Shown: positions 39,119 through 52,629, numbered from the stretch's first letter. The stretch is 64,000 bases of DNA from Octopus bimaculoides (GCF_001194135.2 NC_068990.1:3861524-3925523), one strand, 5' to 3'. Made by a program: numbers and translations. Notes: generated from the sequence alone by a model not told the origin.

Positions 39119-39128
39119 GATTTTTTAA

Positions 39129-39330
39129 CCCCAAGAGGACGTCGCCTCTAGCTGCTATCACCTCTAGCAGACGAGGTGTTCAGTATTGAGGAGCGGTAGA
39201 AAGAGCCCGAAACTGGGACTGGTCTACTAGTCCCGTCACTAGGAGATGGTAGGGGTTCACTCCCCTGCTCGCAATTTTATCGAATGCAGCCGTGCATGGC
39301 TAGCCTTTTAGAGGAGACGTCCTCTTGGTG
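39129..39330. mobile_element. 202-bp TIR element flanked by TTAA (piggyBac-like MITE) with an internal hammerhead-like motif
   Basis: TTAA|CCCCAAGAGGACGTCGCCTCTA ... TAGAGGAGACGTCCTCTTGGTG|TTAA. Confidence 0.75.
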
Positions 39331-39452
39331 TTAAAACATCGCAATAGAGTCCGCTCGAACAGACAGCCATGTTAAAGTGGCTACGAATATTAATTGTCAG
39401 TACATCTACTGCGTTGATCTCTTAGAGACATTTTAGAACTAACATTTTTGAT

Positions 39453-39490
<38 letters not shown>

Positions 39491-40168
39491 CATACATACA
39501 AACACACATGCATACGTAAATACACACACGCACATGTATACACTCATATACACACACTCACGCATGCGGATGCGTTTCTGTATTTATACGGATTACTTAA
39601 ACTACATGGACATCTTCTGAGATACATATCTAGTTAAAATTTATGCAAAGGTAAATTGCTGGTTAGTCTCATGGAATATTTATTTACAGTTTGGCAACAA
39701 GTATAGGGATTATTGTGATACCTATGCGATATCCTTCCAGCATCGATATTAATACTTTAAACAACGTTTCCCCCCTCTCTGTGTATAGAAAGTACGTTAC
39801 GCATACTCTAGATAATCATAGAGCAACATTGGTTGAATAGTAAATGCAGCGAACATAGAATTAATGGCTTAAAACTCTGTTGCAGCTGTTACACTCATCC
39901 TTTGAACGAACTAATATATCCTAATAGCCTCTTAATACTTGGCTGAAAAATCCATAAATTGTAAGACTAGCAGAGATAGATATAAAAACATGGTTGCATA
40001 AACAAATATCGTAGGAATGTAGAACCAACAGAAGAGTTTATAAAATAATAGCAGAGGCAAAAATAGGATTCATATTGTTAAATCCAGCAGCTTTTGTATA
40101 CATATGGAAAAGTTCTCTTTATGTTTGTGTGTGCATAGATACATATGCATACAGACAGACAGAGAGAC

Positions 40169-40221
<53 letters not shown>

Positions 40222-40227
<6 letters not shown>

Positions 40228-40327
40228 ATAAGTACGAGGCTTACAAAGAATAAGTCCTGGAATTGATTTGCTCGCCAAAAGGCGATGCTCCGGCATGGCC
40301 ACAGTCAAATCACTGAAACGAATAAAA

Positions 40328-40330
<3 letters not shown>
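40222..40330 (+). mobile_element. SINE family B 3' fragment
   Basis: gatagaataagtacgaggcttacaaagaataagtcctgg...catggccacagtcaaatcactgaaacgaataaaagaata. Confidence 0.88.
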
Positions 40331-40400
<70 letters not shown>

Positions 40401-40402
40401 TA

Positions 40403-40855
40403 TCGCTGTGTGGTAAGACGTTTACCTCCAAGCCACATGATTTCAGGTTCAGTCCTACTGCGTGGCATCTTGAGCAAATGCCATCTACTATAACTTCGAG
40501 CCGTCCAAAGCTTTGTGAGTGGAATTATTAGGCACAAGCTAATAGCCCGTCGTATACACACATACTCACACACATCCGGTTTTATATACATATAGACAGA
40601 TAGATAGATACATACATACATACGTGAGTGTGTCCTCGTGTCAGTGTTTGTCCACCACCATCACTTGGCTACCGGTGTTAGTGTGTTTACGTTTATGTAA
40701 CTTAGTGATTCATCAAAAGAGATCGATAGAGTAAGTATCAGGCTTAAAAATAATAATTAATGAAGGCGATTCGTTCGACTAAAATTTTAAGGCAAGATCC
40801 CAGCATGGCCGCAGTCTAATGATTAAAACAAGTAAAAAGATGAAAAAAAAAAGAA
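40403..40855 (+). mobile_element. SINE family B, full length with internal microsatellite
   Basis: tRNA-like head gctgtgtggtaag...ggttcagtcctactgcgtggca, internal (CA/TA)n, tail cagcatggccgcagtctaatga. Confidence 0.88.
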
Positions 40856-41042
40856 CAAGAATACCAAGCTGATGATCTTCTTCCTTATAAGAGGTACCTA
40901 TACATTTCACTAATATAGCTTCTGGTGTGACATTCACTAGCGAGTCTTAAATGAAATCCAATCCTAGAAGATGAGTTATCCTAGGTCTAAAGAGAAGTTA
41001 ATGGAAAATGAACCGACTAAAGTCCAGTTTCAGCTGCTACTA

Positions 41043-41200
41043 ATGGTTTCAAATTTTGCTGATCAAGTACTAACTTTATCGTCCCCGAATGGATGAAAGC
41101 AAAATCGAATTTGGCGGATTTTGAACTCGGAATTTAAAGACATATGATATGTCGGTAAGCATTTCACCACCGTGCTAACGACTCTGCCAGCTCGCTACCT
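41043..41200 (-). mobile_element. SINE family A, degenerate, tail type 1
   Basis: ggtttcaaattttg...ggcggattttgaactcgg...gctaacgactctgccagctcgctacctt. Confidence 0.8.
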
Positions 41201-42651
41201 TGCTACAGCGATGCTTATAATAAGAATGTTAAATTTATCGTACAAGTCTTCCGTTTACATATTTTTTCACAACCACGCTCTACTAACATTACATTTTTAA
41301 TATACATACACACATAAATGCATACATATATGTGGGTGGGGGTTGTTTGTGTATGCGTACACATACACGCACAAACGTAATAGCTTTCTTATATATGTGC
41401 AGTGCTTTTTTATGAACTTAATAGAAATAAACTATTTGATGTAGTTACAGGAAGGAAAATTTTGCTAAGCTTTAAATAAAATGGGAAAGAATAAAAAGAA
41501 ATTGCTATTAAATAACAAAAATAAACGAACGATTATTTAGTATAACGTTGCGTTCCTTGAAGAATTCGATAAGATGTATTGACTTTTAATGCTCTTTCTC
41601 TTCGTGTGGGATTAAGGAAGAAGTAAGTTTTGACTCTCTGGCAACAAACTTGTAAAATACCTCGAGCAGTTTATTAGCGATTGATCCATTGTAGCATCAT
41701 GTGGGAGAACTGCAGATGATCGAAATGGCAATAGCTTCTCGTTCACACAGTCGAAAATTTATCAGTGGGTATCTTGTTTGTTGTGTTGCTCTAATACTTG
41801 ACTCTTATAAACACAGAACACAGCCAGCAGGATGTTGCGTACCGCAGGTTCATACCAACTTGCCACACTGTGGATTTAAAATAGATGCACATATGTATGT
41901 ATGTATGTATGTGCNNNNNNNNNNNNNNNNNNNNNNNNNNNNNNNNNNNNNNNNNNNNNNNNNNNNNNNNNNNNNNNNNNNNNNNNNNNNNNNNNNNNNN
42001 NNNNNNNNNNNNNNNNNNNNNNNNNNNNNNNNNNNNNNNNNNNNNNNNNNNNNNNNNNNNNNNNNNNNNNNNNNNNNNNNNNNNNNNNNNNNNNNNNNNN
42101 NNNNNNNNNNNNNNNNNNNNNNNNNNNNNNNNNNNNNNNNNNNNNNNNNNNNNNNNNNNNNNNNNNNNNNNNNNNNNNNNNNNNNNNNNNNNNNNNNNNN
42201 NNNNNNNNNNNNNNNNNNNNNNNNNNNNNNNNNNNNNNNNNNNNNNNNNNNNNNNNNNNNNNNNNNNNNNNNNNNNNNNNNNNNNNNNNNNNNNNNNNNN
42301 NNNNNNNNNNNNNNNNNNNNNNNNNNNNNNNNNNNNNNNNNNNNNNNNNNNNNNNNNNNNNNNNNNNNNNNNNNNNNNNNNNNNNNNNNNNNNNNNNNNN
42401 NNNNNNNNNNNNNNNNNNNNNNNNNNNNNNNNNNNNNNNNNNNNNNNNNNNNNNNNNNNNNNNNNNNNNNNNNNNNNNNNNNNNNNNNNNNNNNNNNNNN
42501 NNNNNNNNNNNNNNNNNNNNNNNNNNNNNNNNNNNNNNNNNNNNNNNNNNNNNNNNNNNNNNNNNNNNNNNNNNNNNNNNNNNNNNNNNNNNNNNNNNNN
42601 NNNNNNNNNNNNNNNNNNNNNNNNNNNNNNNNNNNNNNNNNNNNNNNNNNN

Positions 42652-42688
<37 letters not shown>

Positions 42689-42719
42689 TGTATGTGTGTG
42701 TGTCTGTGTGACTGTGTGT

Positions 42720-42935
42720 GTGTCTTCGTGTTTATTTGTCTCCTCACCACCGCTTTACAACCGGTGTTGGTGAATTTAGGTCCTTGTAACTTAGCGGTTC
42801 GGCAAAAGACCGATAGAATAAGTACTAGGCTTTAAAAATTCTTCCTGGCATCGATTTGTTCGACTAAAAAATCTTTCAAGGTGATACCCGAGCATGGCCG
42901 CAGTCAAATGACCGAAACAATAAAAGATAAAAGAT
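42720..42935 (+). mobile_element. SINE family B 3' half (5' part lost in gap)
   Basis: gtaacttagcggttcggcaaaagaccgatagaataagtactaggc...gcatggccgcagtcaaatgaccgaaacaataaaaga. Confidence 0.88.
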
Positions 42936-43854
42936 ACACACACACACACACAAAAGATAGGTAGATAAGCAGATAGAAACACAGAAGACAGAGAAACTGT
43001 GTGATGCTAACAGAACGTGGTTATGGAAAAATATGTGTTCACATAAGATTTGTACATGTTTCACTTTCCCCCTTGTGGAGATCGACCACATGGATAAGCC
43101 AAAAGAGCGTTCGAAATTAGCCGTTGTTTTCAAACGTCTTCATTTAATTACGCTATTTATTATTACAATAACTCTTTTATTGCATCTACATTCTTTAGAT
43201 ATAATTCATTTTAAAAAGAACAGTGCGTTTTATAATTACGTATATGCTATTCTTTCATAGAATCTCACAACCTATGGATTTTTCAATCATATAGGGACTA
43301 TTAGGTTAATTTTCTCTACTAGACGTATCTTTCTTAAAGAGTAGCTTTGGAATTACAAAAAAGCAACTACAACATCAATAATATGAACATGATTTACAAC
43401 TTGAACATCAGTTTATATAATTGCATATTAACAATATAATTATCAGTGTTTATATTCTATTATTACTCAATAGCCATTTTCAATAGCTTCTGAAATAGAA
43501 GCAGATTTATGTAGCAAGTAAAGAAGCGCTGCTAAAATACATTACATGACAGTAAAGTATTATATATTAGAGATGCCTAAATTATCGTTCTATTTTATTC
43601 CGTTTCATTTCTTATCTATTTCATCTATTGTCATAATTCATTGTAACTTTTCCTAATGAACCACCATTAGGATGTCAGAGCGTCATTACATTCCTTTAAT
43701 TTTTCATTTGATGTGTTTTTCCTGTATCTTCACTCCATCTCATACAATATCCTCCTACTCTTTTGTTATTATTATTAAACGAGAAACGGTGGCAAACTTA
43801 TGAAACCAAAATAGAAAGTGCTGCTTGTCAGATTTTGGCAGTAAAGCAAGAAAT

Positions 43855-43887
43855 ACAACAATAATAACAATAACAATTTGACGATGG

Positions 43888-43945
<58 letters not shown>

Positions 43946-43980
43946 AATGATGATGATGATGATAAATACGATAATGATGT
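43855..43980. repeat. (AAT)/(GAT)n trinucleotide microsatellite
   Basis: Direct reading; explains the poly-H and poly-I ORFs. Confidence 0.92.
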
Positions 43981-45159
43981 AATTGATCGAATTCCATATG
44001 AATATAATTTTTCTTCTCCATATCATTTATCTAAGATCACTCTACTGTGTTAGTGGGGAAGAAATGTGTAGATATGCACAAATTCTGTCTTGAAAAATTA
44101 TTAACTTTTCCTGAAAATACCTTTAATTTGAAAACACTGTAAACTTCAAAGATAGCTGAATTATTAAAAAGACATTTATTTTATATTTTATGTCTATGAA
44201 ATGTATTGTATATTTTTCCGTATTTTTGTGCTTATTTCAAAAGAATGCAACAAAAAGATTGGCGAGTTTCTTTAAATTTCATATCTTTCAATTTTTTCTT
44301 TTTTTAATTTAATTTATGTTTTTGAATATCTTTTAGCATAGCTCTTATTTCGTGTCTGTGGAATTTTTTTTTATTTATGAGAAAATAACACAGGTTTTAA
44401 ATAAAGAAACTGTATACTTAGACGAGTGTATGTATATCAATATTTGTATATATGTGAGTCCGTATTTAATTTTTTTCACGTTCGTTTCTTTATTGTGCTG
44501 AATGTAATTTATTTAAATCCAACAGAATAATATTATTTTATCAGGGAAAAGAAATTGTAATAATCAAACAAAATAAATTATAATGAACATTTTTCATTTT
44601 TTTTTTTTTTTCATTTTGATAAAATCAGATATGGAATATCAATAAGACAACTAATATATATATTATGAGGAAAAAATACAGTAATGAAACTCTTTGTTGA
44701 TAACCGAATCATAGACCAGATGTCATTCAATTCTTTTTTATTATTGATAAAATTAATCATATCTGCCAAAATGTATCAATATGATTACCAATTTTTTTTT
44801 TTTAGGCAATTTTTATTCTAGCAATTTTCGATAAAAGTTTGGAAATAGAATGACAATTTCCAATCAAATATATTATTTACAACACACTTCTTTATTGTGT
44901 TATTGATTTCTGTTTGTCTCAGCAGGAGGCCAACTTATAAGAAGGAATTAATTAGACCTTGAGTGTATTACTAATGCTTAATTTATTAACACTAGAATGA
45001 GGAAAGAAAGATAAAGACATATTTAACGTGATTAATACAGCAACGCTACACACTTATATTTAAAATGATTTTAATGTTATTGCTGTTTAGTCCCAGATCA
45101 ACTCTGATCTAAGGCATTCCAGCTGTGATATTATGTATTTTTCCTATATGCTTGTTGTT

Positions 45160-45360
45160 GGCACTCCGTCGCTTACGACGTCAAAGGTTCCAGTTGATCC
45201 GATCAACGGAACAGCCTGCTCGTGAAATTAACGTGCAAGTGGCTGAGCACTCCACAGACACGTGTACCCTTAACGTAGTTCTCGGGGATATTCAGCGTGA
45301 CACAGAGTGTGACAAGGCTGACTCTTTGAATTACAGGCACAACAGAAACAGGAAGGAAAC
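45160..45360 (+). repeat. GC-rich interspersed repeat (probable octopod retroelement or SINE segment)
   Basis: ggcactccgtcg...gttccagttgatccgatcaacggaacagcctgctcgtgaaattaacgtgcaagtggctgagcactccacag recognised from memory as a common octopus repeat. Confidence 0.45.
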
Positions 45361-45433
45361 TGGATGCATGGATGTGCGTTTACAGGTAATCGTATACGGA
45401 CGTGCGTGTCGATCTGTATATGTATATATACAC

Positions 45434-45497
<64 letters not shown>

Positions 45498-46196
45498 NNN
45501 NNNNNNNNNNNNNNNNNNNNNNNNNNNNNNNNNNNNNNNNNNNNNNNNNNNNNNNNNNNNNNNNNNNNNNNNNNNNNNNNNNNNNNNNNNNNNNNNNNNN
45601 NNNNNNNNNNNNNNNNNNNNNNNNNNNNNNNNNNNNNNNNNNNNNNNNNNNNNNNNNNNNNNNNNNNNNNNNNNNNNNNNNNNNNNNNNNNNNNNNNNNN
45701 NNNNNNNNNNNNNNNNNNNNNNNNNNNNNNNNNNNNNNNNNNNNNNNNNNNNNNNNNNNNNNNNNNNNNNNNNNNNNNNNNNNNNNNNNNNNNNNNNNNN
45801 NNNNNNNNNNNNNNNNNNNNNNNNNNNNNNNNNNNNNNNNNNNNNNNNNNNNNNNNNNNNNNNNNNNNNNNNNNNNNNNNNNNNNNNNNNNNNNNNNNNN
45901 NNNNNNNNNNNNNNNNNNNNNNNNNNNNNNNNNNNNNNNNNNNNNNNNNNNNNNNNNNNNNNNNNNNNNNNNNNNNNNNNNNNNNNNNNNNNNNNNNNNN
46001 NNNNNNNNNNNNNNNNNNNNNNNNNNNNNNNNNNNNNNNNNNNNNNNNNNNNNNNNNNNNNNNNNNNNNNNNNNNNNNNNNNNNNNNNNNNNNNNNNNNN
46101 NNNNNNNNNNNNNNNNNNNNNNNNNNNNNNNNNNNNNNNNNNNNNNNNNNNNNNNNNNNNNNNNATATATACACATATATATATATATATAGCTAT

Positions 46197-46228
<32 letters not shown>

Positions 46229-46244
46229 ATGCATACACACACAC

Positions 46245-46362
46245 GACTGGCTTCTTTCTTTGACTCGTGGCTATACTGGAAGTTCAGTCCCACTGCGTAT
46301 CCCAAGATGCCACGCTGTAGGACTGAATCCGAAACCAAACTTTTTTACCTCACAGCCACGCC
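46245..46362 (-). mobile_element. SINE family B 5' fragment
   Basis: cccaagatgccacgctgtaggactgaa...ttacctcacagccacgcc is the reverse complement of the B head. Confidence 0.7.
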
Positions 46363-47414
46363 TGTACCTCAAACAGATAGGCAGAGAGAGGGAGAGAGAC
46401 ACACACAGAAAGAGAGAGTGGAAGTCATAGATACATACGTACGTACATACATACATACATACACACATACATACATACATACATACATACATACATACAT
46501 ACATACATACACACACACATACATACATACATACATTCGTATATCTTTGACGCAATTTCATGGAACACATGGAGATGAATTTGGATGAATAGATGGACGA
46601 ATGGAAAGATATCTTGATTGTTTGGTGAATTGGATTAATGGATAAATATATGGAGCAGAGAAGCGTTCAGGAATAGATATATTTTTATGAACTTCAATCA
46701 TAATACTTACAATGGATATTACATTTACAATATTGTATATTTACATAAGTGGCTTTTCCAAAAAGTAAAAAAAAAAATAATACTCTAAAAATATGCCTGA
46801 TTTTGCTGTATATGATAAAGTTGATGTAATAGAGATGCCATAACGAAAATAGAATTATACAAAAGAGGTTTTCAAAGAAAACATATAACTCTATACAAAT
46901 CTTTGCATTAAGTTTTACATTACATTTGCATTATTATTATTACATTAGGGAGTCACGACCAGTAATAGATCCACCATTTTATCTACTTTTTTCTAATCAG
47001 TCTAATGGATTGATCTGTTCGATTCGATTCGATTCTTTAACTTATTGTAATCCTGAAATTGCTTGAGAGATATAGGAAATGTTACTTACATAAGCAAATG
47101 TGGAGTAATTTCTTTGAATTGGCAAACATTTGATAACGTATTTGCATGTGATGGAGTTTTCAGGTCTTTACTTTTTTTCCTCTTTTTATTTCTTTCTGAA
47201 GGATAAAAAAATGTTCCGAGAAATTGTTTCTCCAAATATTAATAATTAGCTTTTGTGTGTGTGTCTGTGTGGTTGTGCGTGTGTGTGAGAGAAAGAGAGA
47301 GTATGTGCGTGTGTGAGTGTGTCTATACGTATGTACGTGTATGTATATATGCATGTATGTATGGATGGATGGCTGAATTGATTGATCGGTGGTTTTTTGC
47401 ATGTATGTGATGAA

Positions 47415-47540
47415 AGCTTACAGTCGAGTGAATAGTGTTTAGTCCATGATCATAAGGTGTTCAATGGCGAAACCGGGTGGCAAGCTGTGTCCTTGATCGA
47501 GGCACTTCAATCCAGATTGATCTAGTCTACTCAAGTCTAC
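47415..47540 (+). mobile_element. Degenerate SINE family C head
   Basis: tagtgtttagtccatgatcataagg...gtgtccttgatcgaggcacttca resembles the 54.2-kb copy. Confidence 0.45.
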
Positions 47541-47858
47541 CAAACGGAAGCTGAGGCCACCTTCTTTCCTCTCTAGCTCTCCCATCCCAGCTGGTCGACT
47601 AAGTTCAGGGTGGACAGGCCAATACAGATAGTACCTACATAAGTATCCAAAGCAATTACCTAAAGCTTCTTCCAAGCTGTATTCACTCGCTGACGTCGTT
47701 TGGCTGTACACACAAACATCATACACGTGCATGTTTGTATGCTTGAATGCATATGTCCATATATGTGGATGACCGCAACACAGTCGAACAGTCCAGAAAA
47801 TCGTTTGACAATAATTAGGTCACAGTTCCGATCCTAATGTACGGATTCTTTTCCATAG

Positions 47859-48012
47859 TCTTGAGTTCGTCCAAGTATTGTTGGTTAAACTTCATCGATG
47901 AAATCTGTGGGGGAAACCCCGTGACCAACCATATCACGCACTACCTCACGCTCATTTGCTTGATTAACTTAAGAGTGAACTTGTCTATAGAGTGTTCAAC
48001 CGCTTACAATGA
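47859..48012 (+). CDS. Candidate isolated internal exon (154 nt), product unknown
   Basis: Acceptor ttcttttccatAG, donor GA|GTAAGT, one open frame LSSSKYCWLNFIDEICGGNPVTNHITHYLTLICLINLRVNLSIECSTAYN; no recognisable homology. Confidence 0.25.
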
Positions 48013-49096
48013 GTAAGTAGTTCGGTTAAACAAACAAAATTCTGGTCGTAATTCTACGAAGTATTCATTTATTTGAAGTTTACTATATATGCAAATGTAA
48101 GTATGTATATGTATGCATTCTTGTAGGAATGCCTCTAGCTATGTATGTATACTTGTGTGCATGCATGTATGCCAGTAAATTTGTTTGCAAATATATACTT
48201 ATGCATATTTATATGTATTTATGTATATATGCTTGCATGTGTGAATACGTATGCGTACATACGCGAATGTACGCATGCATACATGAATATGAATGTATGC
48301 ATACGTACAAGTACGTATACGTATGTATGTATACATGTACATATGCATCTGTGTTGGTGTATTATGTATGTATGTATATATGTATTATGTATGTTTGTAT
48401 AAATGTATATATGAATATATATATCATATAAAATATGGAGTTTTACAAACAAAACTAATACGAATTCCCTTTCAAACATGATAATGAATGCATCATCATC
48501 ATTATCATCATTATTGTCAACATTACCAAGAAATTTGTGAAATTGAAATTCTTGAATCTCATTAACAAATAATTAGGAATCGCAGTTATTACAGTAGCTA
48601 TCTTCAAATAAATAGATTTAAACATGCATGTAAAAAAAAAGAAAGAAACTCATGTGAAAACAAAAAATGAATTTTAAAATAAATTATAGAATGAAAATAA
48701 GCAACAGATTGTCAAAATAGATTTCATCGAATTAAAATAAGATTACTCAGTAAAACATAAAAAACTTTGCCCCGCACATTCATTTAACCATAAAATCGAT
48801 ACAGCAACCATTATTGCCCTCAATAACAGCCATTCACAATCGATCCAAATTGGTGACTGGGTGGGGGTTAGGGTTAGGGTCTTCTGCTTCTAAGTGGTTG
48901 TTCCATCTGGCAGAAATAGCAGCCAAATATTCCACAAATTGTACCGTACCGTCTAGAGAATTTAAACCAACATTTTTTATAATACTAGATACACATGTGG
49001 AAAAAATTTAATAAATCTGGTTAATGGAATTATTAGCTAAATTTTTTCGCGAATTATTACTGTTTCGGAAGAAATAAAACAATAAATAAGTTATGT

Positions 49097-49140
<44 letters not shown>

Positions 49141-49264
49141 CACATATATATGTATACACGTAAAAATTCACATACATACAAATATAAATGTATGCATGTA
49201 TATATATGTGTGTATGTGTGTGTGTGTTTGTGTGGGTGTGGGTGTGGGTGTGTGTGTGTGTGTG

Positions 49265-49425
49265 TCGTGGCTGTGAAGTAAGAAGCTTTCTTTCCAACCA
49301 CATGGTTCCGGGTTCAGTCCCACTGCGTGGCACCTTGGGCAAGCATCTTCTACTATAGAACTCGGACCAACCAAAGCTTTGTGAGTGGATTTGTTAGACG
49401 GAAACTAAAACAAGATCTTCGTATA
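49265..49425 (+). mobile_element. SINE family B 5' half (3' part in gap)
   Basis: cgtggctgtgaagtaagaagc...ggttccgggttcagtcccactgcgtggcaccttgggcaag. Confidence 0.92.
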
Positions 49426-49848
49426 TGTGTGTGTGTGTGTGTGTGTGTGTNNNNNNNNNNNNNNNNNNNNNNNNNNNNNNNNNNNNNNNNNNNNNNNNNN
49501 NNNNNNNNNNNNNNNNNNNNNNNNNNNNNNNNNNNNNNNNNNNNNNNNNNNNNNNNNNNNNNNNNNNNNNNNNNNNNNNNNNNNNNNNNNNNNNNNNNNN
49601 NNNNNNNNNNNNNNNNNNNNNNNNNNNNNNNNNNNNNNNNNNNNNNNNNNNNNNNNNNNNNNNNNNNNNNNNNNNNNNNNNNNNNNNNNNNNNNNNNNNN
49701 NNNNNNNNNNNNNNNNNNNNNNNNNNNNNNNNNNNNNNNNNNNNNNNNNNNNNNNNNNNNNNNNNNNNNNGAGAGAGAGAGAGAGAGAGAAAGAGAAAGA
49801 GTAGGAGAGTGAGAGAGAAACATACATATATATATTTATATATATATA

Positions 49849-49890
<42 letters not shown>

Positions 49891-50615
49891 ATGTGTGTGC
49901 GCGCGCGCGAGTGCTTGTGTGTTTAAACATACTCAGAAATTATTATGTCAAGAAATTAGTTGAGATGTGACACAGCAATGCATGTCAGCAGATGATATTG
50001 AGTATCACAGAAAGTGGTGTAAAATAAAACACGCTTGATAGAACAAATAAAAAAATTAAGAAATGAAAGATAAAGCAATATTTAGAATATATAAGCCCCA
50101 AGCATCTATTATGCTTTCAACGCATTCACGCCTTCTACTTATTCGTGCTAAAAGATGGTTCCGTTTCAGCTGGGACACCTACGCCATATGAACGTTGTCT
50201 CTCAGATCTGATCTCTGCAATTCTTTAACAGAGTAACAATCTGCGTTCACGACTCACATATCAACAGAAACGTCGTTGTTTCCAGCCATAAGCACAAAAG
50301 CATGTAGCCGCCCGCTTTTGCGTCGTCTAGAGGTATAGTCAAGCAAAACCGCGACCGCTAGAGCTTGAATCAGAAATCAAAGAGTTAAACTAATCGATGA
50401 TTCATCGATACTCTTCATAATAGTATATGAATAAACAAAAAGAACAATAATAAAAAAAATAAACAGAAAAACAATAATAAATGAACGAAGAACATATATA
50501 TAATGCGTGTGTTTATTTGGCAAAAACGAAAAAAAATGACTCTCCTGAAATACAACAATATCTGTTTCAACACACGATTTCACATCAGGAATCCGCAACA
50601 CAAACTAATAAACGT

Positions 50616-50661
<46 letters not shown>

Positions 50662-50787
50662 TTACATATAAATATATCATTTTGTGTATGTATGCGTGTG
50701 TGTGCATGCACATGCGCTCGCGCACACACAAACACATATATCTGTATGTATGTGCGCACGCATATGTTCAAAGTCCATATTATATAA

Positions 50788-50828
<41 letters not shown>

Positions 50829-51121
50829 TGGCTGTGTTTGTGATTATGTTTCCTGACGTGTTGGGCGTGAACGTGTACGTATGTCATGTGTATGCGCGAG
50901 TGACTCGAAGGATTCAGCGCGTTGAAAGCATATTTGCTGCTTGTCAGCTAGCTCTATATTCTGTTCATTACATCATTTTTCTTTTCTGAATTTATTTCAT
51001 CTGTCAGGCGTGTGTTTTTAACCTCTACTCATCTGCTGCCAAAGACATCTGAAGAAAAATTAATTTTTCCGTGTCTTACTCATTTTTTCTCTCTCGCTCT
51101 CTCCCCCTCTCTCTCTCTCTC

Positions 51122-51158
<37 letters not shown>

Positions 51159-51365
51159 ATCTCTCTCCTTCTCTCTCTTACTCTTCCCCTCTTTATACAT
51201 ATACTCATACGTGTTCACATAGAGATGTAGATATGTATGTATGCGCATGTACGTTTACGGATGTGTAGATTTATATATATATTATATATGTTTATATAAC
51301 GATATGCACTTATGTTTTTCATCTATTATATTAATATAAATATAGTATATGATATATATATGGGT

Positions 51366-51395
51366 TTAGGGTTAGGGTTAGGGTTAGGGTTAGGG
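51366..51395 (+). repeat. Interstitial telomeric repeat (TTAGGG)5
   Basis: Five perfect units. Confidence 0.9.
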
Positions 51396-52629
51396 TATAT
51401 ATACATAGATATCAATACAAGGAAACACACAAAGCCGCATACACTCATATATATGTGTATATATATATATATTATTACGTTTGTAGAAATAAATAATCTT
51501 GTATTTTTCTATTATTCAATTGATCTTTAATTATAATTAAATAAACGTCTTTAGTTTTAAATAGTATAGCTTTAACTATTACACCGGTTAAATATGTACT
51601 AATTTTATCTTTATTATTATTTTAAACTTAAACTTCGTTCAACTTGTATTTAAAACAATGATAATTTAAAACAATGATAATTTATGTAAGATGTTTTTTG
51701 TATATAATATACATGTTATTATAATGGATGAAGGGATGATTATTGAATGGTTATTATTTTGATATTATGATATTTTTTTTATAATTTTTCTATCTTTATA
51801 TAATAAGTATTTCATATTAATTCATTTGGTACTTATTGTTGGTTGAGATATATATCTAATTATTGTTCTACTTACGATCTAACGAGTAGCTATATTTTTG
51901 AATAGAATTTATTTTCGATAATTTCAATTGATTTTAATCGATTTAAATTTCTTTTCTATTTGAAAATCGGTTATGAAACACGTGTAATCTTTTTATTATA
52001 TTTATCTTATGATATTTACTTTACTTTATATTATACTCATTTATTGTGCTTTTAATTATTAATTTTTCTATATGTGATAGTGGATTTTCATCGATGAGTT
52101 CTTGAAAATTGGTTATTTTCCCTAAAACTATATATTTTATATATATATATATGTGTGTGCGTATATATACATATATAAATATATACATATATATACAGAT
52201 ATATATATGTATGTTTATATTTTAATACTTTTTGTACTTCTAATACATTGCATGTACCACGTCCTCACATTGTTTCTTCTTGTTTTGTTTTTGTTTTTCG
52301 TCTTTCATGTTTAAACGAATAAGCTTGCAAAATTTTCACATAGTGCCGGGAAATGATAAAACGCAATGAAATGAATGCTTCAACTCAAACTAAAGGGAGT
52401 TGTAAATATTATTTACAAACACCACTTCTATTTCAAAATTCGATTTTTTTGACAGACACATCCGCATAATCTCAAATTCAGTTAATGATCTGTCTCTGAT
52501 GAACGTAAAGATATCGGAGCCGATTTCTTGAAATTTGCATTTATGTCAGACTTGAATAGACAGGTATTTATTGATATGTATATATATGAACACGCTTCTA
52601 CTATACTGTTTTAATCGCTTGCGTCTAAG

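Noticed and set aside
50110-50932. 14-bp inverted match GCGTTGAAAGCATA at 50110-50123 and 50919-50932
   Set aside because: A 14-mer match is expected by chance in 64 kb.
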